Positions 11,056 to 21,402 of a DNA stretch of 64,000 nt are shown in pieces. Made by a program: the position numbers and the translations under genes. The notes below the pieces were generated by a model that saw only the letters and a program-made list of their open reading frames with translations, made no database searches and was not told the DNA's origin. Positions within the stretch are counted from its first letter, which is position 1; the number at the start of each line of letters is the position of its first letter. The stretch comes from Promethearchaeota archaeon (lineage in GTDB: Archaea > Asgardarchaeota > Lokiarchaeia > Sigyniarchaeales > SOKP01): the NCBI GenBank assembly GCA_016839555.1, contig JAEOUA010000001.1:246043-310042 (forward strand), in the 5' to 3' direction.

Positions 11056-11310
11056 TTACACTCCGCCAGCTTGAGTGGCCATCACGGTAATTACATCCTT
11101 CTTTGGGTGAATCCCAACTTTAGAAAACTTTAAGTCGTCAGGCAATACTTTTCCCTTGAAGATAAATTGAATTGCGAGCACTGGATTTAGTTTATATTCT
11201 TGCTGGACAGTTTTTTTAATATCAGCAATATTCTGACTTGGATCCACTTCGATTTGCTTAATTGCTTGATCTGGAGGAACTCCAGTTAATCGAAACCTAT
11301 ATTGTGTCAT
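11056..11310 (-). CDS. Ubiquitin-like protein ending in GG plus one residue
   Basis: IEVDPSQNIADIK...QFIFKGKVL beta-grasp pattern; C-terminus AGGV. Confidence 0.8.
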   Translation of the reverse strand: MTQYRFRLTGVPPDQAIKQIEVDPSQNIADIKKTVQQEYKLNPVLAIQFIFKGKVLPDDLKFSKVGIHPKKDVITVMATQAGGV

Positions 11311-11435
11311 TTTTTATACCTCTTATGATCTTTAAATTTTAATATTTAGTTAAGAATAGAATATAGAGAAAATATTAAAATACTCTTGTGAACTGAAGTG
11401 AACTTAAGTATATACTAAAGTCAAATTACTAAGAT

Positions 11436-13478
11436 TTAATTCTCTGGCAATTTTTTTGTCTCAAGCATGTCAAGAAATTCTTTCTCATTTAAAATCTTAG
11501 TGCCTTCTTTCTTTGCTTCAGCTAATTTTGATCCAGGATTTTTTCCTACTACCAAAAAATCAGTTGCTGAGCTGACACTTGAGGTTGCTCTGCCGCCATA
11601 TTGTCTCACTTTCTCTGAAGCTTCATCGCGAGTATATTTTTCAAGTGCCCCCGTGAAAACAAATTTTTTTCCCTCTAAAAATTGCTCACGTTCTTCTTCC
11701 TCTATGCTCATCCTAACTCCATGGTCTTTTAATCGGTTTATTAATTCTTTATTTTTTTCTTCTTCGAAAAAGGAAACTACACTTTCAGCAATTTGAGGTC
11801 CAATCTCATCAATTTTTTCAAATTTTGCTTTTGATGCATTTATTATATTATCAATATTTTTAAAATTCTCTGCTAGTACTCTTGCTATGTGTTGACCTAC
11901 ATAAGGAATGCCAATTCCGTATAATACTCTTGGAAGCTCTCTGTCTTTACTTTCTTTAATATTATTTAACAAATTCATCGAAGATTTTTTTCCCATTCGT
12001 TCGATTTTTTTAAGCTCATTCAAATCCAATTCATAGAGATCCGCAACATTTTTAGCAAGCCCCTCTTCAACTAATTTATTAACTAACATTGTTCCCAAAC
12101 CATCAATATCCATTGCTTCTCTATCTCCCCAATGTTCAATCCTTTGCTTCACTTGAGCCGGACATTGAGCATTAACACACCTCCGAATAATATCGCTTCC
12201 TATTTTTTTGGCTGAGCTGCCACAAATTGGACATTTAGTGGGCATCTCAAATTTTCTCTCACTACCATCTCGCTTTTCTTTAATTACCTTAACGACTTGG
12301 GGTATTATTTCACCTGCTTTTTCTACTAAGACGGTATCTCCCACTCTTATATCCTTTCGCTGTATTTCATTTTCATTATGAAGTGATGCACGCGATACAG
12401 TTGTTCCAGATAATTGGATAGGATCTAAAATAGCGACGGGAGTTAATTTACCAGTTCTACCAACCATTATTTCAATATCTTGTATTTTGGTAGTTTTTCT
12501 GGTGGGAGGATATTTATACGCTATCGCCCATCGAGGGTGATGAGTAGTGTATCCTAAAATGTCATGTGCTTCTAAATTATTAACTTTAAGTACCATTCCA
12601 TCTATTTCATAGTCAAGTTGATCTTTTTTTTCTTGATATTCTTCTAAATAGGTAATTACATTATCTATACCTTTAAATACCTCAAATTTATTTATTTTTA
12701 ATCCAGCTTTTTTCATCTCTTCCAGAGTTTTTACATGAGTTGTAAAAGCACCATTTTCGTAATAACTTAAGGTATATATGAAGATATCTAAAGGGCGTTT
12801 TGCTACTATTTGTGGATCTTTGGTTCTCATTGTACCTGCAGTCGCATTTCTCGGATTAGCGAAAGGTTCTTGACCTTTTTTTATTCTCTCTTCATTCATT
12901 TCATCAAAAGCATTTCGAGGCATAAACACCTCACCTCGGAATTCAGCAGTATTTAATATTGAATCATCCGATAATCTTAGTGGAACTGATTTTATTGTTT
13001 TTACATTAGGGGTAATATCCTCACCTCTGGCACCATCCCCTCTGGTTGCTGCTCGTTTTAAGGATTTATTCTCGTAATAAAGCGCAACCCCTAATCCATC
13101 TATTTTAGTTTCAACTACATATTCAATTTCTTTGTCTTTCCACCTTTTTTTAACTCGTTCATCAAATTCTTTTAATTCTTCATAGTTATAAGCTTTATCT
13201 AAACTTAGCATTACTACTTTATGTTCTATGGTCTTAAACTCCTCGATCTCTTCACTTCCTATCCTTTGTGTTGGAGAATCTTCTGTTATAAATTGTGGAT
13301 AAGCCTCCTCTAATACTTCAAGCTCTCGTACTAATTGGTCATATTCATAATCGCTAATTTCAGGCTGATTATCCACAAAATATTTTCTATTATGATATCG
13401 AATTTCTTTTCGAAGTTCTTTTATTCGGCTTTCTGCCTTTTTTTTATCCTCTGGAATTTCAAAATCTTCGTTCGACAT
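11436..13478 (-). CDS. ligA: NAD+-dependent DNA ligase
   Basis: ISDYEYD, KIDG, TRGDG..GEDIT, FANPRN, PRWAIAYK, Zn finger, HhH and BRCT domains. Confidence 0.97.
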   Translation of the reverse strand: MSNEDFEIPEDKKKAESRIKELRKEIRYHNRKYFVDNQPEISDYEYDQLVRELEVLEEAYPQFITEDSPTQRIGSEEIEEFKTIEHKVVMLSLDKAYNYEELKEFDERVKKRWKDKEIEYVVETKIDGLGVALYYENKSLKRAATRGDGARGEDITPNVKTIKSVPLRLSDDSILNTAEFRGEVFMPRNAFDEMNEERIKKGQEPFANPRNATAGTMRTKDPQIVAKRPLDIFIYTLSYYENGAFTTHVKTLEEMKKAGLKINKFEVFKGIDNVITYLEEYQEKKDQLDYEIDGMVLKVNNLEAHDILGYTTHHPRWAIAYKYPPTRKTTKIQDIEIMVGRTGKLTPVAILDPIQLSGTTVSRASLHNENEIQRKDIRVGDTVLVEKAGEIIPQVVKVIKEKRDGSERKFEMPTKCPICGSSAKKIGSDIIRRCVNAQCPAQVKQRIEHWGDREAMDIDGLGTMLVNKLVEEGLAKNVADLYELDLNELKKIERMGKKSSMNLLNNIKESKDRELPRVLYGIGIPYVGQHIARVLAENFKNIDNIINASKAKFEKIDEIGPQIAESVVSFFEEEKNKELINRLKDHGVRMSIEEEEREQFLEGKKFVFTGALEKYTRDEASEKVRQYGGRATSSVSSATDFLVVGKNPGSKLAEAKKEGTKILNEKEFLDMLETKKLPEN

Positions 13479-13537
13479 CTTACCTTTTTTCGCTCTACAT
13501 TAAATATGAAAATTAAATATTTAAACTAAAGAATTCT

Positions 13538-13711
13538 TTAAAATCTAAAAGGTTCAGGTCCTTCACCGGGTTTAAATGGTTGAGGACCAGGCGGAGGGCT
13601 TGGAAACCTTTTTAATAATCTCTCAAGTTGAGCTATTCTTTTTTCTAAAGAATCCAGTCTCTCTTCTATTGTTTTAATTCTTTCTAACAAATTAGGATTT
13701 TGTATAGACAT
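13538..13711 (-). CDS. 57-aa coiled-coil protein with a Pro-rich tail (not in the ORF track)
   Basis: Manual translation: MSIQNPNLLERIKTIEERLDSLEKRIAQLERLLKRFPSPPPGPQPFKPGEGPEPFRF*. Confidence 0.65.
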   Translation of the reverse strand: MSIQNPNLLERIKTIEERLDSLEKRIAQLERLLKRFPSPPPGPQPFKPGEGPEPFRF

Positions 13712-13962
13712 TTTTATATTTTAAATATGTTTATATTAATGGTTTCAATTTAAACATATAGATTTGCGTTCATTTTAATTAATAAATGTAAATTATATAA
13801 ATTTATCGTCTTTTGGTTATAAATTTTAAAAGGATGCGCTCTGAATTAGGTTTCATAGTTATTCAGAAAAATTTTTGTTCGCAAAAACATTTAAGTTCGA
13901 ACTACCTTATATGTATTAATACAATCGTATAAGTTTTAATCATTTATTCTAAATATATTAAT

Positions 13963-15270
13963 ATGGAAAAATACAAAAAATCTGGGAATAGCGATACAAA
14001 GATTTCTAAAATCATACAAAATATGGAATATGATAAACGTATTTTATATGCCCTTGAGAATATAGGTCCTCAAAGATTTTCTGATTTAAATGAGATTTGT
14101 GAGATGAGTAAATCAAGTTTGTCAAAATACTTAAAACTTCATCTTCAAGAGCAAAATATTGAAAAAAAAATCCATAATAAAGCTCCCCATTACTTCTTAA
14201 CAGGAAAAGGAAGAGAAACACTCAATGAAGATCGTTCCAATTCAGAAGAGTATTTATTTTATATAAATGAGATTAAGAGTACCTATATCCAATCAACTGA
14301 CTTGATTGAATTTTACAGAAAAATAGGAATAGAGGAATCAATTCTTTTCCAAATTTTAGGAATAATTAATAAAATTGGCAATAAATTTTTTCAAATGAAT
14401 CAAAACCGGGAACTCTTTCTCGCTTTATTTTATATTTTTCTAAATTCGGTTTTAACTCGAGAATATAAATTTGAAATAAAGGAATTTTGTAAATATTATA
14501 ATGTAAAACAATTAAGAATTGATTTTCATGTGGATAAGATAATGTCTAGTAAATGCGGTTTTTTTATGTTTACTCGAGACGAGGATGTATTTTTTTTCCA
14601 TAGAGATGATATTTTGGGGACAGTCACATTACGATTAATAAAGAACCAATTAATAGAAGAAGTAAATCATATTAGCCTAAAAGGATATCGAGATATTTAT
14701 GATTTAGACCAAATGGCAGAAATTATTGCTAAACAATTAATTAGGATGGATTTAATTTGGGATAAAATTGTCGAACCGTTTGAAATGCTTATTGAGAAAA
14801 TGATTATCAAAATGGCTTTAGATATGGGTTTCTCAAAAACATTTTTAATGGATGTTGTTGTCCAGTCCGAAAAATTATCTAAATCTGAGGGAGGAATAAA
14901 TTCTTTAGTTAATATTATCAAAGGATCTGAAAAATATGAGGATTTAAATATTGTTTCCATCTCGGCATCGACTCAAAGAAAATTAGACGAAGTTCTTGAT
15001 AAAATAGAAGGATTTTGCCCAAATTGCGGTAAATCAATTTTAAAAAGAGATACAAAGAAAATATGTACCAGATGCAAAGAAAGATTCGAACCTCAAGAAC
15101 TATTAAAAAGCATAGATAAAGCTAATGAAGCAAGTTTGAAATATAAAAAACAAATATTAAAAGAAGAGGAATTAATTATTTGTCCTAATCCAGAATGTGA
15201 AGCAAAAGTCTCACCCAGTTGGGAATATTGTCCCGTTTGCCACTCTAAGATTAAAAAAGACAATCATTAA
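13963..15270 (+). CDS. Winged-HTH regulator with C-terminal double zinc ribbon
   Basis: N-terminal RFSDL...MSKSSLSKYL...YFLTGKG; CPNC/CTRC and CPNPEC/CPVC. Confidence 0.75.
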   Translation: MEKYKKSGNSDTKISKIIQNMEYDKRILYALENIGPQRFSDLNEICEMSKSSLSKYLKLHLQEQNIEKKIHNKAPHYFLTGKGRETLNEDRSNSEEYLFYINEIKSTYIQSTDLIEFYRKIGIEESILFQILGIINKIGNKFFQMNQNRELFLALFYIFLNSVLTREYKFEIKEFCKYYNVKQLRIDFHVDKIMSSKCGFFMFTRDEDVFFFHRDDILGTVTLRLIKNQLIEEVNHISLKGYRDIYDLDQMAEIIAKQLIRMDLIWDKIVEPFEMLIEKMIIKMALDMGFSKTFLMDVVVQSEKLSKSEGGINSLVNIIKGSEKYEDLNIVSISASTQRKLDEVLDKIEGFCPNCGKSILKRDTKKICTRCKERFEPQELLKSIDKANEASLKYKKQILKEEELIICPNPECEAKVSPSWEYCPVCHSKIKKDNH

Positions 15271-15480
15271 ACCTGATTAATTAATTTTATTTCCGGTTTT
15301 ATAGATTAAGGACCTGCTTATAATCTCTAAAGATTGCTTTTTATATTAATTTAAATTGTACCAATAAATTAAATAAACTATAAATTGAAGATTAAAAATT
15401 AAGCTCTGTTTATAATTATTTGAGAAGTATTAATGTAAAAACTTTCAAAATTAAAATTTAAAAATATATAATGATTTTTT

Positions 15481-17196
15481 ATGAGATCTGTTTTAAATAA
15501 AAAAGTTGCGGATATATTATTTGAGATTGCTGATTTACTTGAATTAAAGGGCGTTCAATTTAAACCACGAGCATATAGAAGAGCTGCACAAAATATAAAT
15601 AATTTTTCAGAAGATATTACAATCTTTTATGAAAATGAAAATTTAGAAGATATAGAAGGTGTTGGTAAGAGTATTGCCTTAAAAATAAAGGAAATTATAG
15701 AAACCGGCTCACTTAAATATTTAAAAGAGTTACGGCAAGAATTTCCTCAGGGTTTACAAGAAATGATGGATATCCAAGGATTAGGACCAAAATCCCTAAT
15801 GAAATTATATAATGAACTTAATATTCAAAATATAGATGAGCTAGAAAAGGCAGCTAAAAACCAAAAAATTCGGAGTATCGAGGGATTTGGAGAAAAGTCT
15901 GAGGAAAATATTCTAAAAAATATTGAAATGTATAAAAAATATCAAGAAAGGTTTTTATTGGGAGATATTTTACCTATTGCTGAAAATATTGAAAAAAAAT
16001 TAGCTAATCTTAAAGAAGTGAAACGAATTGATCTAGCAGGATCAATTCGCCGTAAAAAAGAAACTATTGGAGATGTGGATATTTTAATTATCTCACCTAA
16101 CCCCAATAAAGTAATGGATTTTTTCACAGAACTCGAGGAGGCAAAAAGAGTGGTCTCTAAAGGACATACACGGAGCACTATAATTACAGTAGAAAATTTA
16201 CAAGTTGATTTAAGAGTCGTTGAGAAAGAGAGCTATGGATCAGCTTTGCAATATTTTACGGGTTCAAAAGAACATAATATAAAACTTCGAAGCATAGCCT
16301 TAAAAAAGAACTGGAAATTGAGCGAATATGGATTAATAGATAAAGATTTAACAGAGACTATAGCAAGCGAAAACGAAGCAGATATTTATAAGGCTTTAGG
16401 ATTAGATTATATAGAACCCGAATTGAGAGAAGATCGAGGGGAAATTGAGGCAGCTCAGGAAGGAAAACTTCCTACTCTTATCAAATTGGATGATATAAAA
16501 GGAGATTTACATATGCATACCAAATGGAGTGAAGGTTCTAATACAATTGAGGAAATGGCTCAAGCAGCAAAAGAGATAGGATATCAATATATAGCTATAT
16601 GTGATCATGCTGAGACTTTACAAGTAGCAAGTGGACTTTCTTCTAAAGAGATTCGAGAACAAATGAATGAAATTGATGAAATTAATAAAAAAGTAGAAGG
16701 AATTACGATTTTATCAGGGATAGAAGCAAATATAGATGCTGAAGGAAAATTAGACGTAAAAAATGAGGTTTTAAAAGATTTAGATATTGTAGTTGCAAGT
16801 ATTCACTCGGGATTTAAAAACTCCGAAGAAATTATGACTACTCGCATTTTAAATGCTATGCATAATGATTATGTTAATATTATAGGGCATCCCACAGGAA
16901 GATTGCTTAATAAAAGAGAACCTTATGAGGTAAATTTATCTAAAATATTTGAAACTGCTGCTGATCTCGGAATATTTTTAGAATTGAATGCTTTTCCAGA
17001 TCGCTTAGACCTAAGCGATGTAAATTGCCGAGCGGCGAAAGATAATGATATATTGATCACTATTAATACCGATTCTCATCATAAAGATCATTTAAGATAT
17101 ATGAAATACGGAATAGCGACTGCCAGGAGAGGATGGCTTGAAAAAAAAGATGTCGCAAATACATTGATTTTAAAAGAATTAAAAAAATTACTCTAA
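15481..17196 (+). CDS. polX: DNA polymerase X with PHP domain
   Basis: AGSIRR, GDVD, YFTGSKEHN, GDLHMHT, HPTGR, DSH. Confidence 0.96.
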   Translation: MRSVLNKKVADILFEIADLLELKGVQFKPRAYRRAAQNINNFSEDITIFYENENLEDIEGVGKSIALKIKEIIETGSLKYLKELRQEFPQGLQEMMDIQGLGPKSLMKLYNELNIQNIDELEKAAKNQKIRSIEGFGEKSEENILKNIEMYKKYQERFLLGDILPIAENIEKKLANLKEVKRIDLAGSIRRKKETIGDVDILIISPNPNKVMDFFTELEEAKRVVSKGHTRSTIITVENLQVDLRVVEKESYGSALQYFTGSKEHNIKLRSIALKKNWKLSEYGLIDKDLTETIASENEADIYKALGLDYIEPELREDRGEIEAAQEGKLPTLIKLDDIKGDLHMHTKWSEGSNTIEEMAQAAKEIGYQYIAICDHAETLQVASGLSSKEIREQMNEIDEINKKVEGITILSGIEANIDAEGKLDVKNEVLKDLDIVVASIHSGFKNSEEIMTTRILNAMHNDYVNIIGHPTGRLLNKREPYEVNLSKIFETAADLGIFLELNAFPDRLDLSDVNCRAAKDNDILITINTDSHHKDHLRYMKYGIATARRGWLEKKDVANTLILKELKKLL

Positions 17197-17226
17197 ACAC
17201 AATTTCTGAGTTTATTATGAATAAAA

Positions 17227-17997
17227 TTAAGAGTTATTTTCAATCTTAATCCCAATTGGGCAATGATCTGATCCGATAATCTCTTCTAATCGATAACTAT
17301 CCTTTACCTTATCTTTTATTTCTTTATTTATTATAAAATAGTCGATTCTCCATCCAATATTTTTTTCTCTAGCATTATAGCGATAAGTCCAATAAGTATA
17401 TTTCCCCCCTTCTTGTTCAAATTCTCTGAACGTATCTACATATCCCTTCTTTAAAAATCTTGAAAACCATTCTCTTTCTTCAATGGTAAAACCTGCATTC
17501 TGTTGATTACCATCTGGATTTGCCAAATCCTTTTCCTTATGGGCAACATTAAAATCTCCCCCAATTATAACAGCTTTCTCTTCTCTTAATTGCTCGCAAA
17601 AATGAAGAAATTCTTTATTAAACCATATTTTAAAATCCAGTCTTTTTAAATTTCTTCCCGCATTAGGAAAATAAACATTAATAACATAATAATTTTGAAA
17701 TTCTAAAGTCATTAATCTCCCTTCATCATCGAACTTTTTAATTCCCAGTCCTTTTTGAACAGATAATGGTTCTTTTTTAGAAAAAGTTAATATTCCACTA
17801 TATCCTTTTTTATTTTTTGAAGAACACCAATAAACATCATATTCATCAACATCACTTAAATTATCTTTTGCGTCCTCTTTTGTAGTTTTAGTCTCTTGAA
17901 ATAGATATACATCCGCTTTTTGTTCTTTGATAAATTCTATTAATCCCTTCTGAACGCTTGCTTTAAGACCATTTATGTTCCATGATATTAGATTCAT
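17227..17997 (-). CDS. xth: Exodeoxyribonuclease III / AP endonuclease
   Basis: SWNING, QETK, GDFNVAH, GWRIDY, GSDHCP. Confidence 0.96.
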   Translation of the reverse strand: MNLISWNINGLKASVQKGLIEFIKEQKADVYLFQETKTTKEDAKDNLSDVDEYDVYWCSSKNKKGYSGILTFSKKEPLSVQKGLGIKKFDDEGRLMTLEFQNYYVINVYFPNAGRNLKRLDFKIWFNKEFLHFCEQLREEKAVIIGGDFNVAHKEKDLANPDGNQQNAGFTIEEREWFSRFLKKGYVDTFREFEQEGGKYTYWTYRYNAREKNIGWRIDYFIINKEIKDKVKDSYRLEEIIGSDHCPIGIKIENNS

Positions 17998-18073
17998 AAA
18001 TTAATATCCTTCTTTTATTATAATTTAAAAAAAGTCCTATAACTTATATAAATAGTTTTATGAACAAAACTAT

Positions 18074-18394
18074 CTATGAAAACCATAATAAGTCAGATCT
18101 CGGAGTTTTGGGTTCTTCTTCGATATTTGAAACACCACCAAACATATACAATTCAATATCCGATACTTTTAATCCATGCCTTAATGATACTATTGAGTGC
18201 ATTAATTCGTGCACCATTATTGAGCCCAGGATAATAAAACCATTAATTAATCCAATGATAATAAAATTTATTATATCAGAATTTCCAGTAACAGCGTAAT
18301 ACAATTGCGCGGCGTAAAAACCTACTAATCCAACAATTATTAACGTAGATAAATGTAATTTTAACTCAATTCCTTTAACTGTACCAATTTTCAT
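18074..18394 (-). pseudogene. Truncated site-2 protease (M50) fragment
   Basis: HELMH zinc motif and FGGVS present; stops before the expected AGP/NxxPxxxxDG region. Confidence 0.7.
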
Positions 18395-18991
18395 CTATAT
18401 AATTTCACCCAATTTTATATTTAAAAATATATAATCACTTTCCGAAAAATTCGAAAATTGATTACTAAATTAATTTATTCTTTTACAATTTCAAAAAAAA
18501 TTTTCAAATATTAATAAATATGGTCTAAAATTTATAGAATAAGTGAATAGTTCAATTATTTTTTAAAACTATAAAAGGATTCTTTTTTTTAATTTATTCA
18601 AAAAAATCCTTATACTAGAAATTTTGTTAAGAAAATTTTAATTCTTAATCCAACAATTTTTCGTTATAATAAATAGAATTTTTGACTTGAAATTAATTAT
18701 GCCTTATTTTTCCTTTAATATCTTATTTCAATTAAATGCGTGATTTTATTTTTAATAATTTAAAAAACTAATAATTAAAAAAATAGATTATATATTTAAG
18801 AATAAATAAAAATAAACCCCTAAATTTAAGAAAAAAGATACCCAAAGATCATATAAGAAAATATACTTAATTGTATATTGATAACAAAGATATTCATATT
18901 ATAAGAAGTGAATATAAAACACATATCTCAATATATAATAATATATATAATAATTAAATAAAAGGTAAAGATAAAATATTTTTGAATTCAA

Positions 18992-19327
18992 ATGGATAAT
19001 CTAACTGATGAAGTGGTTAATTTACTCAAAGTTTTATCAGATTACACGCGTCTGAATATTTTAGAATTATTAAAAGATAATAAAATGTATGCCAACTCGA
19101 TTCAAAAAAAACTTAAGAAGAGCCAGAGTACGATTAGTCAGCAATTAGGGATTCTCCTCAATGCGGATATTATTACATATGAGAAGAAAGGAAAAAAGAA
19201 TTTGTATTCAATAAAGAACCCTCAGATATTAAAAATATTAGCATCAGTTCAAAGATACATCCTTAACCAGAAGAAAGAAAAATTGAAAACTATTGCAGAT
19301 TTTGACATATACGATACGCTATTTTAA
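18992..19327 (+). CDS. ArsR-family regulator
   Basis: LKVLSDYTRLNIL...SQSTISQQL. Confidence 0.9.
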   Translation: MDNLTDEVVNLLKVLSDYTRLNILELLKDNKMYANSIQKKLKKSQSTISQQLGILLNADIITYEKKGKKNLYSIKNPQILKILASVQRYILNQKKEKLKTIADFDIYDTLF

Positions 19328-19396
19328 AATAAATAATTTATCTATTTCTATTTTTTATCTTTAATCAAACCATATGAAATATGTTCTTTTTAAATA

Positions 19397-20203
19397 TTAT
19401 ATCCCTTTATTAAATTCAAATTTGATTAGCTGGGATAATTCTATTAAACAGTCTTCAAGCAGGTTAACTCGTTTTATCCATTCTTCTTGAGATTGAAATT
19501 CTAAAAGCCATTGTTGATATCCTAAGGATTTAATTTCGTTCTCATACTGATCTGCTGTTTCCCATTCCAGTCCTTCTACTTCAATGTAATCGGCGGAACG
19601 CGCCCATTTCCAGAATAAAATTGGCCATGTTCCGTAGAAACCTGTTTTAGTGACATGTTCAATGGTAAGAATTTTTTCTGCTAACCTTTTATTAATTATA
19701 TAGCAGACTGAAATAATATCTTTAATCCCAGAAAAATCTAATATTTTGGATGCTATTTTATTTACAATACCCTCTGTATAGGTTTGAGTAGGAGGATGAG
19801 ATGCAAATGCCCTCTTTGTTCGCCCAATATGATAATATTCTTGATTTTCATATTTTAAAAAAAGTTGTTTTAGCTCATTTGGATAATTATCAAACCAATG
19901 TAAAAATCTGTCTAAATCAGAATAAAATATCCTCTCCCTAATAGGATTTTGTATTATATCAATCGAATTCTTTAAAGCTTCCTTATATGTATCTATTTGT
20001 CTCATAGATGGCGAGGAAATCAATTTAAAATCATTAGTTTCCAGTAAATCTATAATTTTTTTATTTGTTTCAGGAGTATAACAAATGATTTTTTGAATGA
20101 ATAAATTATGAATCTTAGGAAAAACTTTCTTTATCAGATTTTCTAACCGCTTGTTTGGATCATTTAAGGTTGATGCAAGAATGAATTGGTTTGAATTCGC
20201 CAT
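19397..20203 (-). CDS. Hypothetical protein
   Basis: 268-aa ORF downstream of nadA; family not recognised. Confidence 0.6.
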   Translation of the reverse strand: MANSNQFILASTLNDPNKRLENLIKKVFPKIHNLFIQKIICYTPETNKKIIDLLETNDFKLISSPSMRQIDTYKEALKNSIDIIQNPIRERIFYSDLDRFLHWFDNYPNELKQLFLKYENQEYYHIGRTKRAFASHPPTQTYTEGIVNKIASKILDFSGIKDIISVCYIINKRLAEKILTIEHVTKTGFYGTWPILFWKWARSADYIEVEGLEWETADQYENEIKSLGYQQWLLEFQSQEEWIKRVNLLEDCLIELSQLIKFEFNKGI

Positions 20204-20254
20204 ACTTATTCCTTCACATTTCAGTTATTTTTCATTAATATATGAAAATATTTA

Positions 20255-21232
20255 TTATTTGGAATATTGAAGCATTTTATTAATAGGATTTAACGCTCGT
20301 TGAGCAATCTCTTCGGGAACTTTCACCTCATATTCTACAAGCTTTTTAGATTTATTTTTATCTAGAAGTTTTAATATTTTTTCTATTGTTTGAAGCTTGT
20401 TTTTCTTCATATCTTTACATATGAGGTTTTGAGATGGTAAATAGAATTTATTATTGGGAAAATCTGCCGCTAATCTGTCAAGAAGCCCTTTTTCTGTTCC
20501 AATTATGAAGTCTTTATAATTCTTATAATTTTTTTTTACATAATTATACATCCCTGCTGTAGAGCCAATAAAATCGGCATAATCCCTCACTTCTTGAATA
20601 CATTCTGGATGAACTAACACTTTTGAGTTTGGATGAGCATTATGAGTGAATTTAACTTTATCTAACGTTAAATGTGAATGTACGTAACAATGCCCATCTC
20701 CCGGAATTTTAATAATCTTTACTCCTGATTTCTCTTCAGCATATTCCGCTAAATTATTATCTGGTCCAAATAACACTTCATTTACATTAAATTCTTCTTT
20801 AATTCTTTTCACAATGTAAACAGAATTAGAAGAGGTACAGCAAACATCTGATTCTGCCTTAACTGCCGCTGTAGTATTAACATATGTTACAACTGGAAGC
20901 TCGGGATATGCTCTTCTAAACTCTTTAACAATATTCGGATTTAAAAAATTAGCTAATGGACAACATGCTTCTTTCTCGGGAACCAATATATGTTTATCTT
21001 GGTTTAAAATAGAAGCAGTTTCAGCCATAAATAATACCCCAGCAAAGATGATATATTTTGTTTTTGTTTTTCTATTAGCTATTTGAGATAAACCCAGTGA
21101 ATCTCCTAAATAATCCGCGATTTCTTGGATTTCTATATCTTGATAATAATGAGCTAAAATTGTAACATCATTATTTTCTTTCAATCTAACTATATTTTTT
21201 TGTAATTCTTTAATAGACATGCTAAATTGCAT
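20255..21232 (-). CDS. nadA: Quinolinate synthase
   Basis: LAHYYQ, GDSL, FMAETA, YVNT, CTSSN, HPEC. Confidence 0.95.
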   Translation of the reverse strand: MQFSMSIKELQKNIVRLKENNDVTILAHYYQDIEIQEIADYLGDSLGLSQIANRKTKTKYIIFAGVLFMAETASILNQDKHILVPEKEACCPLANFLNPNIVKEFRRAYPELPVVTYVNTTAAVKAESDVCCTSSNSVYIVKRIKEEFNVNEVLFGPDNNLAEYAEEKSGVKIIKIPGDGHCYVHSHLTLDKVKFTHNAHPNSKVLVHPECIQEVRDYADFIGSTAGMYNYVKKNYKNYKDFIIGTEKGLLDRLAADFPNNKFYLPSQNLICKDMKKNKLQTIEKILKLLDKNKSKKLVEYEVKVPEEIAQRALNPINKMLQYSK

Positions 21233-21402
21233 CTTTTTTAAATGGTTTTAAATAGAAAAATAATTTGCTACTTTTTAAAGCATTCAATAATAATTTTAAC
21301 TTACTCAAACTAATTTAATTTCGATTAAAAATTTTATATTACTATATAATAAATTAAACTCGGATGATCTGGATCTAAATCTCCCAAAGAAATATTCCTT
21401 AA

